Part shown: piece by piece, positions 27,890 to 38,720 of the stretch
Layout of the letters: each line of letters begins with the position of its first letter
Position numbering within the stretch: the first letter of the stretch is position 1
Source of the DNA: Desulfomicrobium sp.
GTDB taxonomy: Bacteria > Desulfobacterota > Desulfovibrionia > Desulfovibrionales > Desulfomicrobiaceae
Direction: 5' to 3'
DNA length: 64,000 nt
Assembly (NCBI GenBank): GCA_040768745.1
Contig: JAXGMI010000001.1
Coordinates: forward strand, 1,664,001 to 1,728,000
The notes under the pieces: model-generated
What the model was told of the DNA's origin: nothing
Seen by the model: the letters and a program-made list of their open reading frames with translations, nothing else
Database searches by the model: none
Position numbers and translations under genes: made by a program

Positions 27890-28587
27890 GCGGGTTGTTC
27901 TCCAGTGGTCCCGAATCGGCGATGACGGCGGCCAAATTCTGCCAGGGCTGCGTGCAATTCGGGTGCGTGGAAATCGGGCCAGGCCACGTCGGTGAAGTAC
28001 AGTTCGCTGTAGGCGGTCTGAAAAAGGAGGTAGTTGCTGAGCCGTTGCTCGCCGCTGGTCCGCAGGACCAGGTCTGGATCTGGCATGCCGGCTGTGTACA
28101 ACTCCCCGCCGAACATGGCCTCGGTGACGTCTTTGGCGGCCACGCCCCGTTGGATCAAGGCCTTGCAGGCGCGCAGAATTTCATGTCGCCCCGAGTAATT
28201 GAGGGCCAGATTGAGCATCATGGCCGTGCAGCCCCTTGTCCTGTCCATGGCATGGCGCAGCACCTGCCGGGTGGTCAGCGGGAGCTCGTCGAGCTCTCCC
28301 AGCACATTGAGGCGGATGGACTGTTCCACCAGGGATGGCAGCTCGGCGCTCAGGAAGTCACGCAGCAGGTCGAACAGGAATCCGACCTCCTGCGCCGGCC
28401 TAGCCCAGTTTTCCTTTGAGAAGGTGTACAGGGTCAGGAAGGGAATGCCGAGCTTGCGGCATTCTCTGACGATTTCCCGGGCTGTTTCGGTTCCGGCCTT
28501 GTGTCCGGCGCTGCGCGAAAGTCCTCTGGCCTTGGCCCAACGGCCATTGCCGTCCATGATGATGGCGAGATGGGTGAGAGGAGGCAT
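27886..28587 (-). CDS. uppS: Undecaprenyl diphosphate synthase
   Basis: HLAIIMDGNGRWA, FS.ENW.RP, RTSGEQRLSNYL. Confidence 0.96.
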   Translation of the reverse strand: MPPLTHLAIIMDGNGRWAKARGLSRSAGHKAGTETAREIVRECRKLGIPFLTLYTFSKENWARPAQEVGFLFDLLRDFLSAELPSLVEQSIRLNVLGELDELPLTTRQVLRHAMDRTRGCTAMMLNLALNYSGRHEILRACKALIQRGVAAKDVTEAMFGGELYTAGMPDPDLVLRTSGEQRLSNYLLFQTAYSELYFTDVAWPDFHAPELHAALAEFGRRHRRFGTTGEQPA

Positions 28588-28595
28588 GATCAGGA

Positions 28596-29150
28596 TCAGA
28601 TCTCCATGATTTCCTTCTCTTTCTCCGCAAAGACCGCATCGGCCTTCTTGACGAATCCATCCGTCACCTTCTGCACTTCCTCCTGGGCCTTGTGCAGGTC
28701 GTCTTCGCTCAATTCCTTGGCGCTTTGCAGCTTTTTCAGACTTTCGTTCACGTCCCGTCGAACATTGCGGATGGCCACCTTGGCCTCTTCCGTGAATTTT
28801 TTTGCCATTTTGACCAGGTCCCGGCGGCGTTCCTCGGTCAGAGGCGGAATGTTGATGCGGATGGACCGGCCGTCATTGATGGGCGTCAGGCCCAGGTCCG
28901 ACTTCATGATGGCCTTCTCAATGCTGTTGAAGGCGTTGCGGTCCCAAGGTGAAATGGAGATGGTCCGGCTGTCCGGGATGGAAACCGAAGCAACCTGATT
29001 GAGCGGAGTTGGCGTGCCGTAGTATTCAACCTTGATGCCGTCCACCAATGCGGTGGAGGCACGGCCTGTGCGCAGCTTGGCGAAATCCTTTTCCAGGCTG
29101 TCGATGCTTTTCTGCATCCTGTTTTTACAATCGGTTACGTGCTTTTCCAT
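28596..29150 (-). CDS. frr: Ribosome recycling factor
   Basis: [26 protein letters not shown]; start at MEKHV after AGGAG. Confidence 0.96.
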   Translation of the reverse strand: MEKHVTDCKNRMQKSIDSLEKDFAKLRTGRASTALVDGIKVEYYGTPTPLNQVASVSIPDSRTISISPWDRNAFNSIEKAIMKSDLGLTPINDGRSIRINIPPLTEERRRDLVKMAKKFTEEAKVAIRNVRRDVNESLKKLQSAKELSEDDLHKAQEEVQKVTDGFVKKADAVFAEKEKEIMEI

Positions 29151-29151
29151 G

Positions 29152-29871
29152 TTAGTCTCCTTGTACGATCGTTCCGATGTCCTCGCCCATGACCACCCGC
29201 TTGATGTTGCCAGGCACAAAAAGATTGAAGACTCCGATGGGGAGCTTGTTGTCCATGCATAGGGAAATAGCCGCCGAGTCCATGACCCGCAGACGGCGTT
29301 GCAGCACATCCAGATAGCTCAGCCGGGTGAACATGACCGCATCGGGGTATTTTTCCGGGTCCTTGTCGTACACACCGTTGACCCGGGTGGCCTTCAGGAT
29401 GGCCTCGCATTTGAGTTCCATGGCCCGGATCACTGCGGCAGTGTCTGTGGTGAAATAGGGGATACCCGTGCCGGCCGCGCAGATGACCACACGTCCCTTT
29501 TCCAGGTGGCGGATGGCCCGACGGCGGATATAGGGCTCGGCCACTTCCTTCATGTCGATGGCGGTCATGACCCGGGTGGTGATGTTCTGCTTTTCCAGGG
29601 CATCCTGGACAGCCAGGGCATTCATGACCGTGGCAAGCATGCCCATATAGTCCGCAGATGCCCGGTCCATGCCTTTGGAGGATACGGAAACACCGCGAAA
29701 GATGTTTCCACCGCCGATGACAAGGCTGAGTTGGACACCCAACGTGGCCGCCGAGGCCACTTCCTGACAGATGGATTGAATGGTCTGGGGTTCGATGCCA
29801 AAGCCCTGTTCTCCAGCCAGGGCCTCGCCGCTCAGCTTAAGCATGACCCTGCCGTATCGGAGTTTCTGCAT
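29152..29871 (-). CDS. pyrH: UMP kinase
   Basis: [32 protein letters not shown]. Confidence 0.97.
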   Translation of the reverse strand: MQKLRYGRVMLKLSGEALAGEQGFGIEPQTIQSICQEVASAATLGVQLSLVIGGGNIFRGVSVSSKGMDRASADYMGMLATVMNALAVQDALEKQNITTRVMTAIDMKEVAEPYIRRRAIRHLEKGRVVICAAGTGIPYFTTDTAAVIRAMELKCEAILKATRVNGVYDKDPEKYPDAVMFTRLSYLDVLQRRLRVMDSAAISLCMDNKLPIGVFNLFVPGNIKRVVMGEDIGTIVQGD

Positions 29872-30009
29872 TGATCAGTACCTCATGGTGGACGGTGAAC
29901 GAAAGGAGGCCGGGGTTTCCCAGCCTCCTTCTCGGATGAGGCTATACCCATTTCGCGCCAGGGGCGCAACAAGAGGCTTTTGTTTGTCCCGGAAAACAGA
30001 GGGGAGGCC

Positions 30010-30034
30010 AAAAAAAAGGGCCTTGCGGCCCTTT
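30010..30034 (-). terminator. Terminator after tsf
   Basis: GGGCC-GCAA-GGCCC with T8 on the minus strand. Confidence 0.85.
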
Positions 30035-30036
30035 CC

Positions 30037-30840
30037 CTATGCGCCCACCGCGAACCGGAAAAACCGGACCACGTCGGCGCTTTTTCCGAGAAGATCCTTG
30101 ATGGTCTTCTTGTCGTCCTTGATGAAGACCTGCTCGCGCAGGCAGACTTCCTGATAGTACTTACGGATGCGTCCCTCGACGATCTTTTCCGCGATCTGGG
30201 CCGGCTTTCCTTCTTCCTTGGCCTGGTTCAGGTAGATTTCCTTCTCCTGGGACAGGGTCTCGGCAGGGATCTGATCGGGGGTCACACACAGAGGGTTGGC
30301 GGCCGCGATCTGCATGGCGATGTCTTTGGCCAGTTCCGGGGTGACAGCGCCGGTCAGTTCGACCAGCACGCCCAGCTTCTTGTTGGAATGGACGTAAGTA
30401 CCGATGGCGCCGGCACCGGGCAGCTCGACAAATGCCAGCCGTCCGACCTGCATGTTTTCCCCGATCTTGCCAATGAGGCCGGTCAGGTCGGTGGCTTCAA
30501 CCGGCAGGGCGGTCATATCGGAGGTTTTCCTGTCCAGGGCCAGTTTGGCGATGCCTTCGGCCAGGGCGATGAATTCCTCGTTTTTCGCCACGAAATCGGT
30601 TTCGCACTTGAGCTCACTCATGGCCGCGGACTTTCCGTCTTTGGCCACGACGATGGTGATCAAACCTTCGGTTGTTTCCCGGCCAGCCTTCTTGGCGGCC
30701 TTGGACAGACCTTTTTCACGCAACCAAGCGATGGCTTTTTCCTCGTCCCCATCACATTCGGTCAGGGCCTTCTTGCAGTCCATCATACCTGCGCCGGTCC
30801 GGTCGCGCAGATCTTTAACCATTGAAGCAGTGATACTCAT
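30037..30840 (-). CDS. tsf: Elongation factor Ts
   Basis: LRDRTGAGMMDCKKAL, CETDFVA. Confidence 0.97.
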   Translation of the reverse strand: MSITASMVKDLRDRTGAGMMDCKKALTECDGDEEKAIAWLREKGLSKAAKKAGRETTEGLITIVVAKDGKSAAMSELKCETDFVAKNEEFIALAEGIAKLALDRKTSDMTALPVEATDLTGLIGKIGENMQVGRLAFVELPGAGAIGTYVHSNKKLGVLVELTGAVTPELAKDIAMQIAAANPLCVTPDQIPAETLSQEKEIYLNQAKEEGKPAQIAEKIVEGRIRKYYQEVCLREQVFIKDDKKTIKDLLGKSADVVRFFRFAVGA

Positions 30841-30841
30841 C

Positions 30842-31627
30842 TTAATATTCCTCTTCGTCTGTGTCTTCAGAGTCGAAATCTTCAGTGGTGATCGGAACAT
30901 CCACAGCCGGGACCTTGGCTTTGGGCTGCAGGGGGGTGTCCTTGGCGCTGGCCAGACCCTCCAGGCAGGCGTCGGACATGGCTCCGGCAAAGAGCTTGAT
31001 GGCCCGGATTGCGTCGTCATTGCCCGGAATGATGTAGTCGATCAGGTCGGGGTCACAGTTGGTGTCCACCACGGCCACAATGGGGATGCCCAGCTTGCGG
31101 CATTCTTTGACCGCGATTTCCTCGCGGTGTGGATCGATGATGAAGGCGGCCGCTGGTGGTTCTTCCATGTCCTTGATCCCGCCCAGGGTCAGGTTCAGCT
31201 TGGCCACTTCGCGCTCCATGCCCACGATTTCCTTTTTCAGAAAGCGGTTCACGGAGCCGTCCTCGAACATGCCTTCCAGTTTTTTCAGACGGGCGATGCT
31301 GCTACGGATGGTCTGGTAGTTGGTCAGAGTGCCGCCCAGCCAGCGGTTGGTGACATAGTACATGCCGCAGCGTTCGGCTTCGGTCTTGACCACATCCTGG
31401 GCCTGGCGTTTGGTGCCGACAAAGATGATCTTGCCGCCACGGGCCACTGTATCGGACATGAAGTCGTGCGCTTTTCGGTACAGCTTCACGGTCTGTTGCA
31501 GGTCGATGATGTGGATGCCCTTGCGCGCTCCGAAGATGTAGGGCCGCATCTTGGGGTTCCAGCGCCGGGTCTGGTGACCGAAATGCACACCGGTCTCCAG
31601 CATTTGCTTCATACTGACATAAGGCAT
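30842..31627 (-). CDS. rpsB: 30S ribosomal protein S2
   Basis: [35 protein letters not shown]. Confidence 0.98.
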   Translation of the reverse strand: MPYVSMKQMLETGVHFGHQTRRWNPKMRPYIFGARKGIHIIDLQQTVKLYRKAHDFMSDTVARGGKIIFVGTKRQAQDVVKTEAERCGMYYVTNRWLGGTLTNYQTIRSSIARLKKLEGMFEDGSVNRFLKKEIVGMEREVAKLNLTLGGIKDMEEPPAAAFIIDPHREEIAVKECRKLGIPIVAVVDTNCDPDLIDYIIPGNDDAIRAIKLFAGAMSDACLEGLASAKDTPLQPKAKVPAVDVPITTEDFDSEDTDEEEY

Positions 31628-31712
31628 GGGGAGTCTCCTTGGTTTTTTTCCTCCGCCCGCGTCAGACCAGTCGGCCAAACCAAAGGGCTGCGGGCGTGTG
31701 GAGTGTGTGAGA
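31628..31712 (-). ncRNA. rpsB leader RNA (t44/S2 autoregulatory-like element)
   Basis: Minus strand CACACACTCCACACGCCCGC...GCGGGCGGAGG-A7-CC; CACAC start, long stem and GGAGG...AACC typical of rpsB leaders. Confidence 0.6.
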
Positions 31713-31755
31713 ACTGAAGCCGATACGCGAGATCAGAAGGGTTTGCAAGCGGAAA

Positions 31756-33408
<1,653 letters not shown>

Positions 33409-33492
33409 GGGCCGTCTCCGGTGATCTGTAGTGGGGGGCAGGTGCTGTGCATGGCCGGGAAACTACGGGAACTCGATGTCCAGGACAAGGCC

Positions 33493-33522
33493 AAAAGAAA
33501 AGGCCGCTTTCGGGCGGCCTTT
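33493..33522 (-). terminator. Terminator after the EF-G paralog
   Basis: AAAGGCCGC-CCGAAA-GCGGCCTTT then TCTTTT on the minus strand. Confidence 0.8.
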
Positions 33523-33542
33523 CGGAGTTCAGGAAAGAGAGA

Positions 33543-35603
33543 CTATTCCGCTTCTTTCTTGCTGTCGGCGATGACCTGTTCAGTCACGCTGGGGGGGCAT
33601 TCCTCATAATGGGCGAATTCCATGGTGAAGGTCCCCTGGCCACCGGTCATGGACCGCAGGTCGGGCGCGTATTTCATCATCTCGGCCATGGGCACGTGGG
33701 CCTTCACCTCGGTGATGCCGCCAATGGAGTCGGACCCCAGGACTCGCCCACGCCGGCTGGACAGGTCGCCGATGACGTCGCCCATGAATTCGTCCGGGAT
33801 GAAGACCGAGGCCAGCATGATGGGCTCGAGCAGGATCGGGTTACACATCTCCACAGCTTTCTTGAAGGCCAAAGACCCGGCTATCTTGAAGGCCATTTCA
33901 GAGGAGTCCACGGTGTGGTAGGAGCCGTCGTAAACCGCGACCTTGAAGTCAACCATGGGATAGCCGGCCAGGAAACCGCGTACAGCGGCTTCCTGGATGC
34001 CCTTGTCCACGGCCGGGATGTAGTTGCGGGGGATGGAACCGCCCACGATCTCGTCCAGGAATGCGTAGCCAGCTCCGCGCGGGTTGGGTTCCATGCGGAT
34101 CCAACAGTCGCCGAACTGGCCGCGGCCGCCGGACTGCTTCTTGTGCCGTCCCTGGACCTGGGCTTTGCCTTTTATGGTTTCCCGGTAGGGAATCTTCGGG
34201 GTCTTCAGCAGAATGTTGGCCTTGTAACGGCGCCGGGCCTTTTCCACGGACAGTTCGATGTGCAGCTGACCCATGCCGGAGAGGAGCATGTCGCCGGTCT
34301 CGTCATTGCGGACCAGGTGCAGGTTGATGTCCTCTTCCAGCAGCTTCTGGACGGCAGCAAAAACCTTGTCCTCTTCGCCCTTTTCCTCGGCAGCCAGGGC
34401 GTACGAGATGATGGCCGGACTCAGGGGCGGCTTGGGCAGGACGAAGGGGGCCTTTTCCGCACAGAGGCTGTCACCGGTGGTGGTGTTCTTGAGCTTCGCC
34501 ACAGCCACGACGGCGCCGGGCCCAACTTCCTGCTTGCAGGGGGTCTGCTTTTTGCCTTCCAGGAAGAGAATCTGACCGATTTTTTCCTTTTCGTCCTTGC
34601 CTGCGTTGAGGACCGTTGCGTCAGGAGCGAGGGTGCCGGACAAGATGCGCATGACCGAGAGCTGGCCAGCAAAGGGGTCCGCGATGGTTTTGAACACAAA
34701 GGCGGCAAAAGGCGCTTCTGGGGCCGAGTCACGCTCGTTGCCGTCGCCATCCAGCCAGGGTTTATGCTCCAGAGGAGAAGCCATGATGTCCAGCAGGGTG
34801 TCGAGCAATGGCGCTCCCCCCTTGTTGAGCATGGCCGCGCCCACGCAGACAGGGACCAAGGTCCGGTTCAAAACGCCGGTGCGCAGGCCCGAGAGCATCT
34901 CCTCCTCGGTCAGAGCGCCTTCCTCCAGGTATTTTTCCATCAGCTCTTCGCTGCTTTCCGCGATATTCTCTACAGCGATTTCCCGGGCCATGGTCACTTC
35001 CTCGGCCAGGTCTGAAGGCATGTCCATGGGTTTGAGCTCACCCTTGTCGCCGAAGGAGTAGGCTTTTTCGCCGAGGACATCGATCACGCCGCGGAAGGAG
35101 GCTTCACTGCCGATGGGCATGTACAGGAGCACGGGCTTCATGCCCAAAATCTCGGACAGTCCCTGGTAGGCCTGCTGGAAATCGGCCCGTTCCCGATCCA
35201 TCTTGTTGATGAAGACCATGGCCGGAATTTCGGCCTTGACCGCCTCAGACCAGATTTTCTTGGTCAGGGGCTTCACGCCGTCAATGGCGTCGATGACCAG
35301 GATGGCATTGTCGGCTGCCTGCATGAGGAACGGAAGGTCACCAATGAAGTTGTTGTCGCCGGGCGTGTCAATCAGAAAATTGAGGTTCTTTTTCCAGGCG
35401 AACTGCGCGAATCCGGGCTGGATGCTCCCTCGGCGCTTGATTTCCTCGGGTTCGTAATCAAGGGCCGTGGTCCCCTCGTCAATTTTTCCCAGTCTGGAGA
35501 GGGAACCGGCGTTGAACAGCAGCATTTCCGCCACCGAAGTCTTGCCGGTTCCGCCATGCCCTATCAGGGCGAATGTCCTCTGTTTTTGAAGTTGATCCCG
35601 CAT
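33543..35603 (-). CDS. fusA: Elongation factor G paralog (EF-G II type)
   Basis: GHGGTGKT, DTPG, NKMD, KKQSGGRGQFG, DGSYH.VDSSEMAF; not within the rpsL-rpsG operon. Confidence 0.9.
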   Translation of the reverse strand: MRDQLQKQRTFALIGHGGTGKTSVAEMLLFNAGSLSRLGKIDEGTTALDYEPEEIKRRGSIQPGFAQFAWKKNLNFLIDTPGDNNFIGDLPFLMQAADNAILVIDAIDGVKPLTKKIWSEAVKAEIPAMVFINKMDRERADFQQAYQGLSEILGMKPVLLYMPIGSEASFRGVIDVLGEKAYSFGDKGELKPMDMPSDLAEEVTMAREIAVENIAESSEELMEKYLEEGALTEEEMLSGLRTGVLNRTLVPVCVGAAMLNKGGAPLLDTLLDIMASPLEHKPWLDGDGNERDSAPEAPFAAFVFKTIADPFAGQLSVMRILSGTLAPDATVLNAGKDEKEKIGQILFLEGKKQTPCKQEVGPGAVVAVAKLKNTTTGDSLCAEKAPFVLPKPPLSPAIISYALAAEEKGEEDKVFAAVQKLLEEDINLHLVRNDETGDMLLSGMGQLHIELSVEKARRRYKANILLKTPKIPYRETIKGKAQVQGRHKKQSGGRGQFGDCWIRMEPNPRGAGYAFLDEIVGGSIPRNYIPAVDKGIQEAAVRGFLAGYPMVDFKVAVYDGSYHTVDSSEMAFKIAGSLAFKKAVEMCNPILLEPIMLASVFIPDEFMGDVIGDLSSRRGRVLGSDSIGGITEVKAHVPMAEMMKYAPDLRSMTGGQGTFTMEFAHYEECPPSVTEQVIADSKKEAE

Positions 35604-35875
35604 ACAGCCCCCTTATGCAAAGTATTACGCAACCATAATGGCCACAGGGTATGAAACCGTCCCGGTCCTGCATGTCAAGCCACCGGGAAATTCGCTTGCA
35701 AAAGAGATGAAATTGGATGAGTGTCCCAGACTCCGCAGTCCAGAGGACGATTCAAACCCGCTGCTATCTTGAGCTTTTTTCAAGAAGTACCCCTATAGGG
35801 AGGGGGCTTGGAAGTTGTCAAGTGTGCCTGAATTTTTCCGAATTCCTAATCTATGAAAATCATTGAGAGAAAATT

Positions 35876-36853
35876 ATGAGCACGGACGCCACGACCGTCA
35901 ATTTTTCAGCTGGTTCCCGCATAGTGCGCTGCCCCGCGGGACAGATAGACGCCAGTGGACCCTGGCTGTTTTGGACTGCGCAGCCCCGTGCTGTTTTACG
36001 CCGCAGCGTGGAGCGTCACGGTCAGCTGCTTCCTGTTCTGGTAGATTGGAGCGGCCAGGGGCCGGTCCTATTGGCCGGCGCGGCGCGCACGGCATGCCTC
36101 GTCGGCCTGGGCCGGGATGTGGCGTGTCTGGACATGGGCAGGCTTGACGCCTGGGAAAAGGGGCTGGTCTATGTGCGGTCCAATGCGGACCGGGACCTGA
36201 GCGATGGGCAGATCGTCAAAGCCCTCCGCTATTTTCAGAGGCTAGACCCCGGTAGAACCGGCGATGTCCACGAAGAGCTCGGTCTGGAGCCCCGTTCCAG
36301 GCGTGAGCGTCTGGTCGTGGAGTGGTTGAGCCTGCCTGTCATGTGGGACAGGTTTTTGCAGGAAGGACACGCGCCACTGGCCTGCGCGGACTTGCTGGCC
36401 GGGTTTGGGCCAGATGGGTTGGAAATGCTCGCGCCCCTCTTCGAACATCTCTCCTGGTCCAGGGGCAGCGCGGTCAACCTGCTCACGTGGCTTCAGGAAT
36501 CCTCGGTTCGCGACGGCAGGACGATTCGAGAGCTCATGGATGAGGCGGGGGTGGAGGGAATTCTCCGCTCTGATCTTTCGCCCAAGGACGCCATGTCCCG
36601 CATCACAGCCAATGTCCGCTGCCTGCGTTTTCCCCGGTTGAGCAGGATGGAGCAGGATTTCGCGGCCACGGCCCGGACCATCGCAGCGGGTACGCGCTGG
36701 CGCTTGATCCAGCCCGATCAGTTCGAATCAGGGAAGGTGGAATTGAGCGTGGCTGTGGGGGGCTTGTCCGGTTTGCACACCGCCGCGCAGGACCTGGTGC
36801 GCATGGCCAGCCATGAGGGATGGGGCGCTCTTTTTTCAGGAGATGACCGATGA
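35876..36853 (+). CDS. Protein with a degenerate ParB-like N-terminal domain
   Basis: LRRSVERHGQLLPVLV...LLAGAART resembles ParB boxes; helical C-terminus; stop overlaps the next ATG. Confidence 0.6.
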   Translation: MSTDATTVNFSAGSRIVRCPAGQIDASGPWLFWTAQPRAVLRRSVERHGQLLPVLVDWSGQGPVLLAGAARTACLVGLGRDVACLDMGRLDAWEKGLVYVRSNADRDLSDGQIVKALRYFQRLDPGRTGDVHEELGLEPRSRRERLVVEWLSLPVMWDRFLQEGHAPLACADLLAGFGPDGLEMLAPLFEHLSWSRGSAVNLLTWLQESSVRDGRTIRELMDEAGVEGILRSDLSPKDAMSRITANVRCLRFPRLSRMEQDFAATARTIAAGTRWRLIQPDQFESGKVELSVAVGGLSGLHTAAQDLVRMASHEGWGALFSGDDR

Positions 36854-37944
36854 GCGTCTTGCCCGCCCATCTGCGAGGGATCAGCCGGGTGGTGGTGGAC
36901 GCGGCCGTGGCGAGGAGCCCCGTGGCCAGCCGTGTGCACCAGCGCCTGTCTGATCTGCCCTGGGAAATTCTGGCCGATGGGGAGCGCCTCACGCCGGGTC
37001 TCAGTCGCGAGGACATCCTGTATCTGAAACAGTACCGGGGAAGGTTCCTGCGGTTTTGTCCCGGGACCAGTCATTACCGCTGCTGCGGTTACCAGATCAT
37101 CCATATAGGCGAAAACTGTCCGCTGCGTTGCTCCTACTGCATATTGCAGGCGTATTTCCAAGACCGGGTGCTGAAGGTCTGGGCCAACCAGGATGACTTG
37201 TGGCGGGAACTGGACGAGGCGTTCAGCGCTCATCCCGGACGGCGTGTCCGGGTCGGCACAGGGGAATTCACCGACTCCCTGGTGCTGGAGCCCCTGACCG
37301 GATACAGCCACGATTTAGTTGCCTTCCTGGCGCGTTATCCGCAGGTCTGTCTGGAACTCAAGTCCAAGGTTGTGGATCTGAGCTGGATGGAGGCCGCGTC
37401 TGATCCGATCCGGGTTCTGCCGGCCTGGTCCCTGAACTCCCCCGCCATTGTTGACACGGAAGAACAGGGGGTGTGCGCCAGTCTCGAGCAACGCCTCGCA
37501 GCGGCCCAGACCTGCGCCCGGGCGGGATTCAGGGTCTGTCTTCATTTCGACCCCATCATCTATTACCCAGGATGGCAGGATGGCTATGCCCGCACCGCGG
37601 AAATGATATTCGACTACCTGCGGCCTGCTGACATTGCCTATGTCAGCATGGGATCCTTCCGGCACATGCCTGAACTCAGGCGCTGCATTGCCGAGAATTT
37701 TCCGGGGTCCACCTACATATACGGCGAGTTTATCACCGGACTTGACGGTAAGCAGAGACTGCTCAAACCCCTGCGGGTGGAGCAGTTCCGCTTTCTGGTC
37801 ACGAGGCTGCGGCGGGGCGGGCTCGACCAACAGCTCTACCTGTGCATGGAGTCGGATGAGGTCTGGCAGGCTGTTCTGGGAAGGACGCCGGAAAATCTGG
37901 GGGGGCTGTACCGGCATCTCATGGACCTCGCCTTCGGGGAATAG
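36850..37944 (+). CDS. Spore photoproduct lyase-like radical SAM protein
   Basis: CPLRCSYC, GTGEFTDSL, LELKSK, WSLN, HFDPII, YLCMES. Confidence 0.85.
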   Translation: MSVLPAHLRGISRVVVDAAVARSPVASRVHQRLSDLPWEILADGERLTPGLSREDILYLKQYRGRFLRFCPGTSHYRCCGYQIIHIGENCPLRCSYCILQAYFQDRVLKVWANQDDLWRELDEAFSAHPGRRVRVGTGEFTDSLVLEPLTGYSHDLVAFLARYPQVCLELKSKVVDLSWMEAASDPIRVLPAWSLNSPAIVDTEEQGVCASLEQRLAAAQTCARAGFRVCLHFDPIIYYPGWQDGYARTAEMIFDYLRPADIAYVSMGSFRHMPELRRCIAENFPGSTYIYGEFITGLDGKQRLLKPLRVEQFRFLVTRLRRGGLDQQLYLCMESDEVWQAVLGRTPENLGGLYRHLMDLAFGE

Positions 37945-38088
37945 GCGAAGAAAAGGGCGTTCATCTTCAGGCCATTCCCAGAGGATCGTGCTTTCCCGGC
38001 CTGCCGGCATGCGTGGAATCGAAGGCCGAGAAGCGTTCTTCTTATGGATGGGGAAAAGGCAAACGCAGCCGAGAAAGGGGGATGAAGG

Positions 38089-38634
38089 CTACTCAGCGGT
38101 GGCCTGACTGTTGACAACGCCTTTCAGGTCAAGATTCATGTTCTTGATGCAGCTGTCCTTGAGAAAGCAGCGCTCGCAGCCGTGACGGTACGGGCAGGGC
38201 GTGATGGTGGAATATTTCCGGGAGAGGGCCCCGGATTCCTGCATGCTGATGCCGATTTTTTCCAGGGTGCGGCGGAGGGGTTTGCCCGGTTCAGGCACAG
38301 GGGCGCACTCCTTCTCTCCCAATTCGGGCATGAGCGCCTTCAGGGTACCCATGATCATGGTCTGGGCGATGGCCTCATGCTTGAAGCCCTCGGAGGGGGA
38401 CCGGGACCAGATTTCGTCCACCTCGCGTTCCACAGGTTCCTCCAGGAAGACCAGCACATATCCTTTGCGCTCCCCGAGTCTGAAGACCTTGAGGTGTGGC
38501 AACCATCTTTCCCACGTTTCCAGCACTGCAAGCATCTCCTGAGGTCCGACTTCGTCGATCTGGGCCAGAAAAAGAAAGGTGGAAAAATCAAAATCAGGCT
38601 GAGTGGGCAGAAGGGCGAAAGGCAAAGTCTTCAT
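38089..38634 (-). CDS. Hypothetical protein with a C-terminal Cys cluster (start uncertain, 38667 possible)
   Basis: Clean ORF between real genes; CPYRHGCERCFLKDSC. Confidence 0.65.
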   Translation of the reverse strand: MKTLPFALLPTQPDFDFSTFLFLAQIDEVGPQEMLAVLETWERWLPHLKVFRLGERKGYVLVFLEEPVEREVDEIWSRSPSEGFKHEAIAQTMIMGTLKALMPELGEKECAPVPEPGKPLRRTLEKIGISMQESGALSRKYSTITPCPYRHGCERCFLKDSCIKNMNLDLKGVVNSQATAE

Positions 38635-38720
38635 GAACGTAACCTGCAGAATAGAGTTCCGAAACATCGGAGACAGGGGCCATCATCCGCCTAGCGCCTT
38701 GGTATATTTGCCGCCGAAGC

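Noticed and set aside
38051..38090. c-di-GMP-I (GEMM) riboswitch suggested by AAAGGCAAAC...GAAA
   Set aside because: Lacks the P1 pairing and the GACGCAAAG and P2 elements, and lies between convergent 3' ends with no gene downstream
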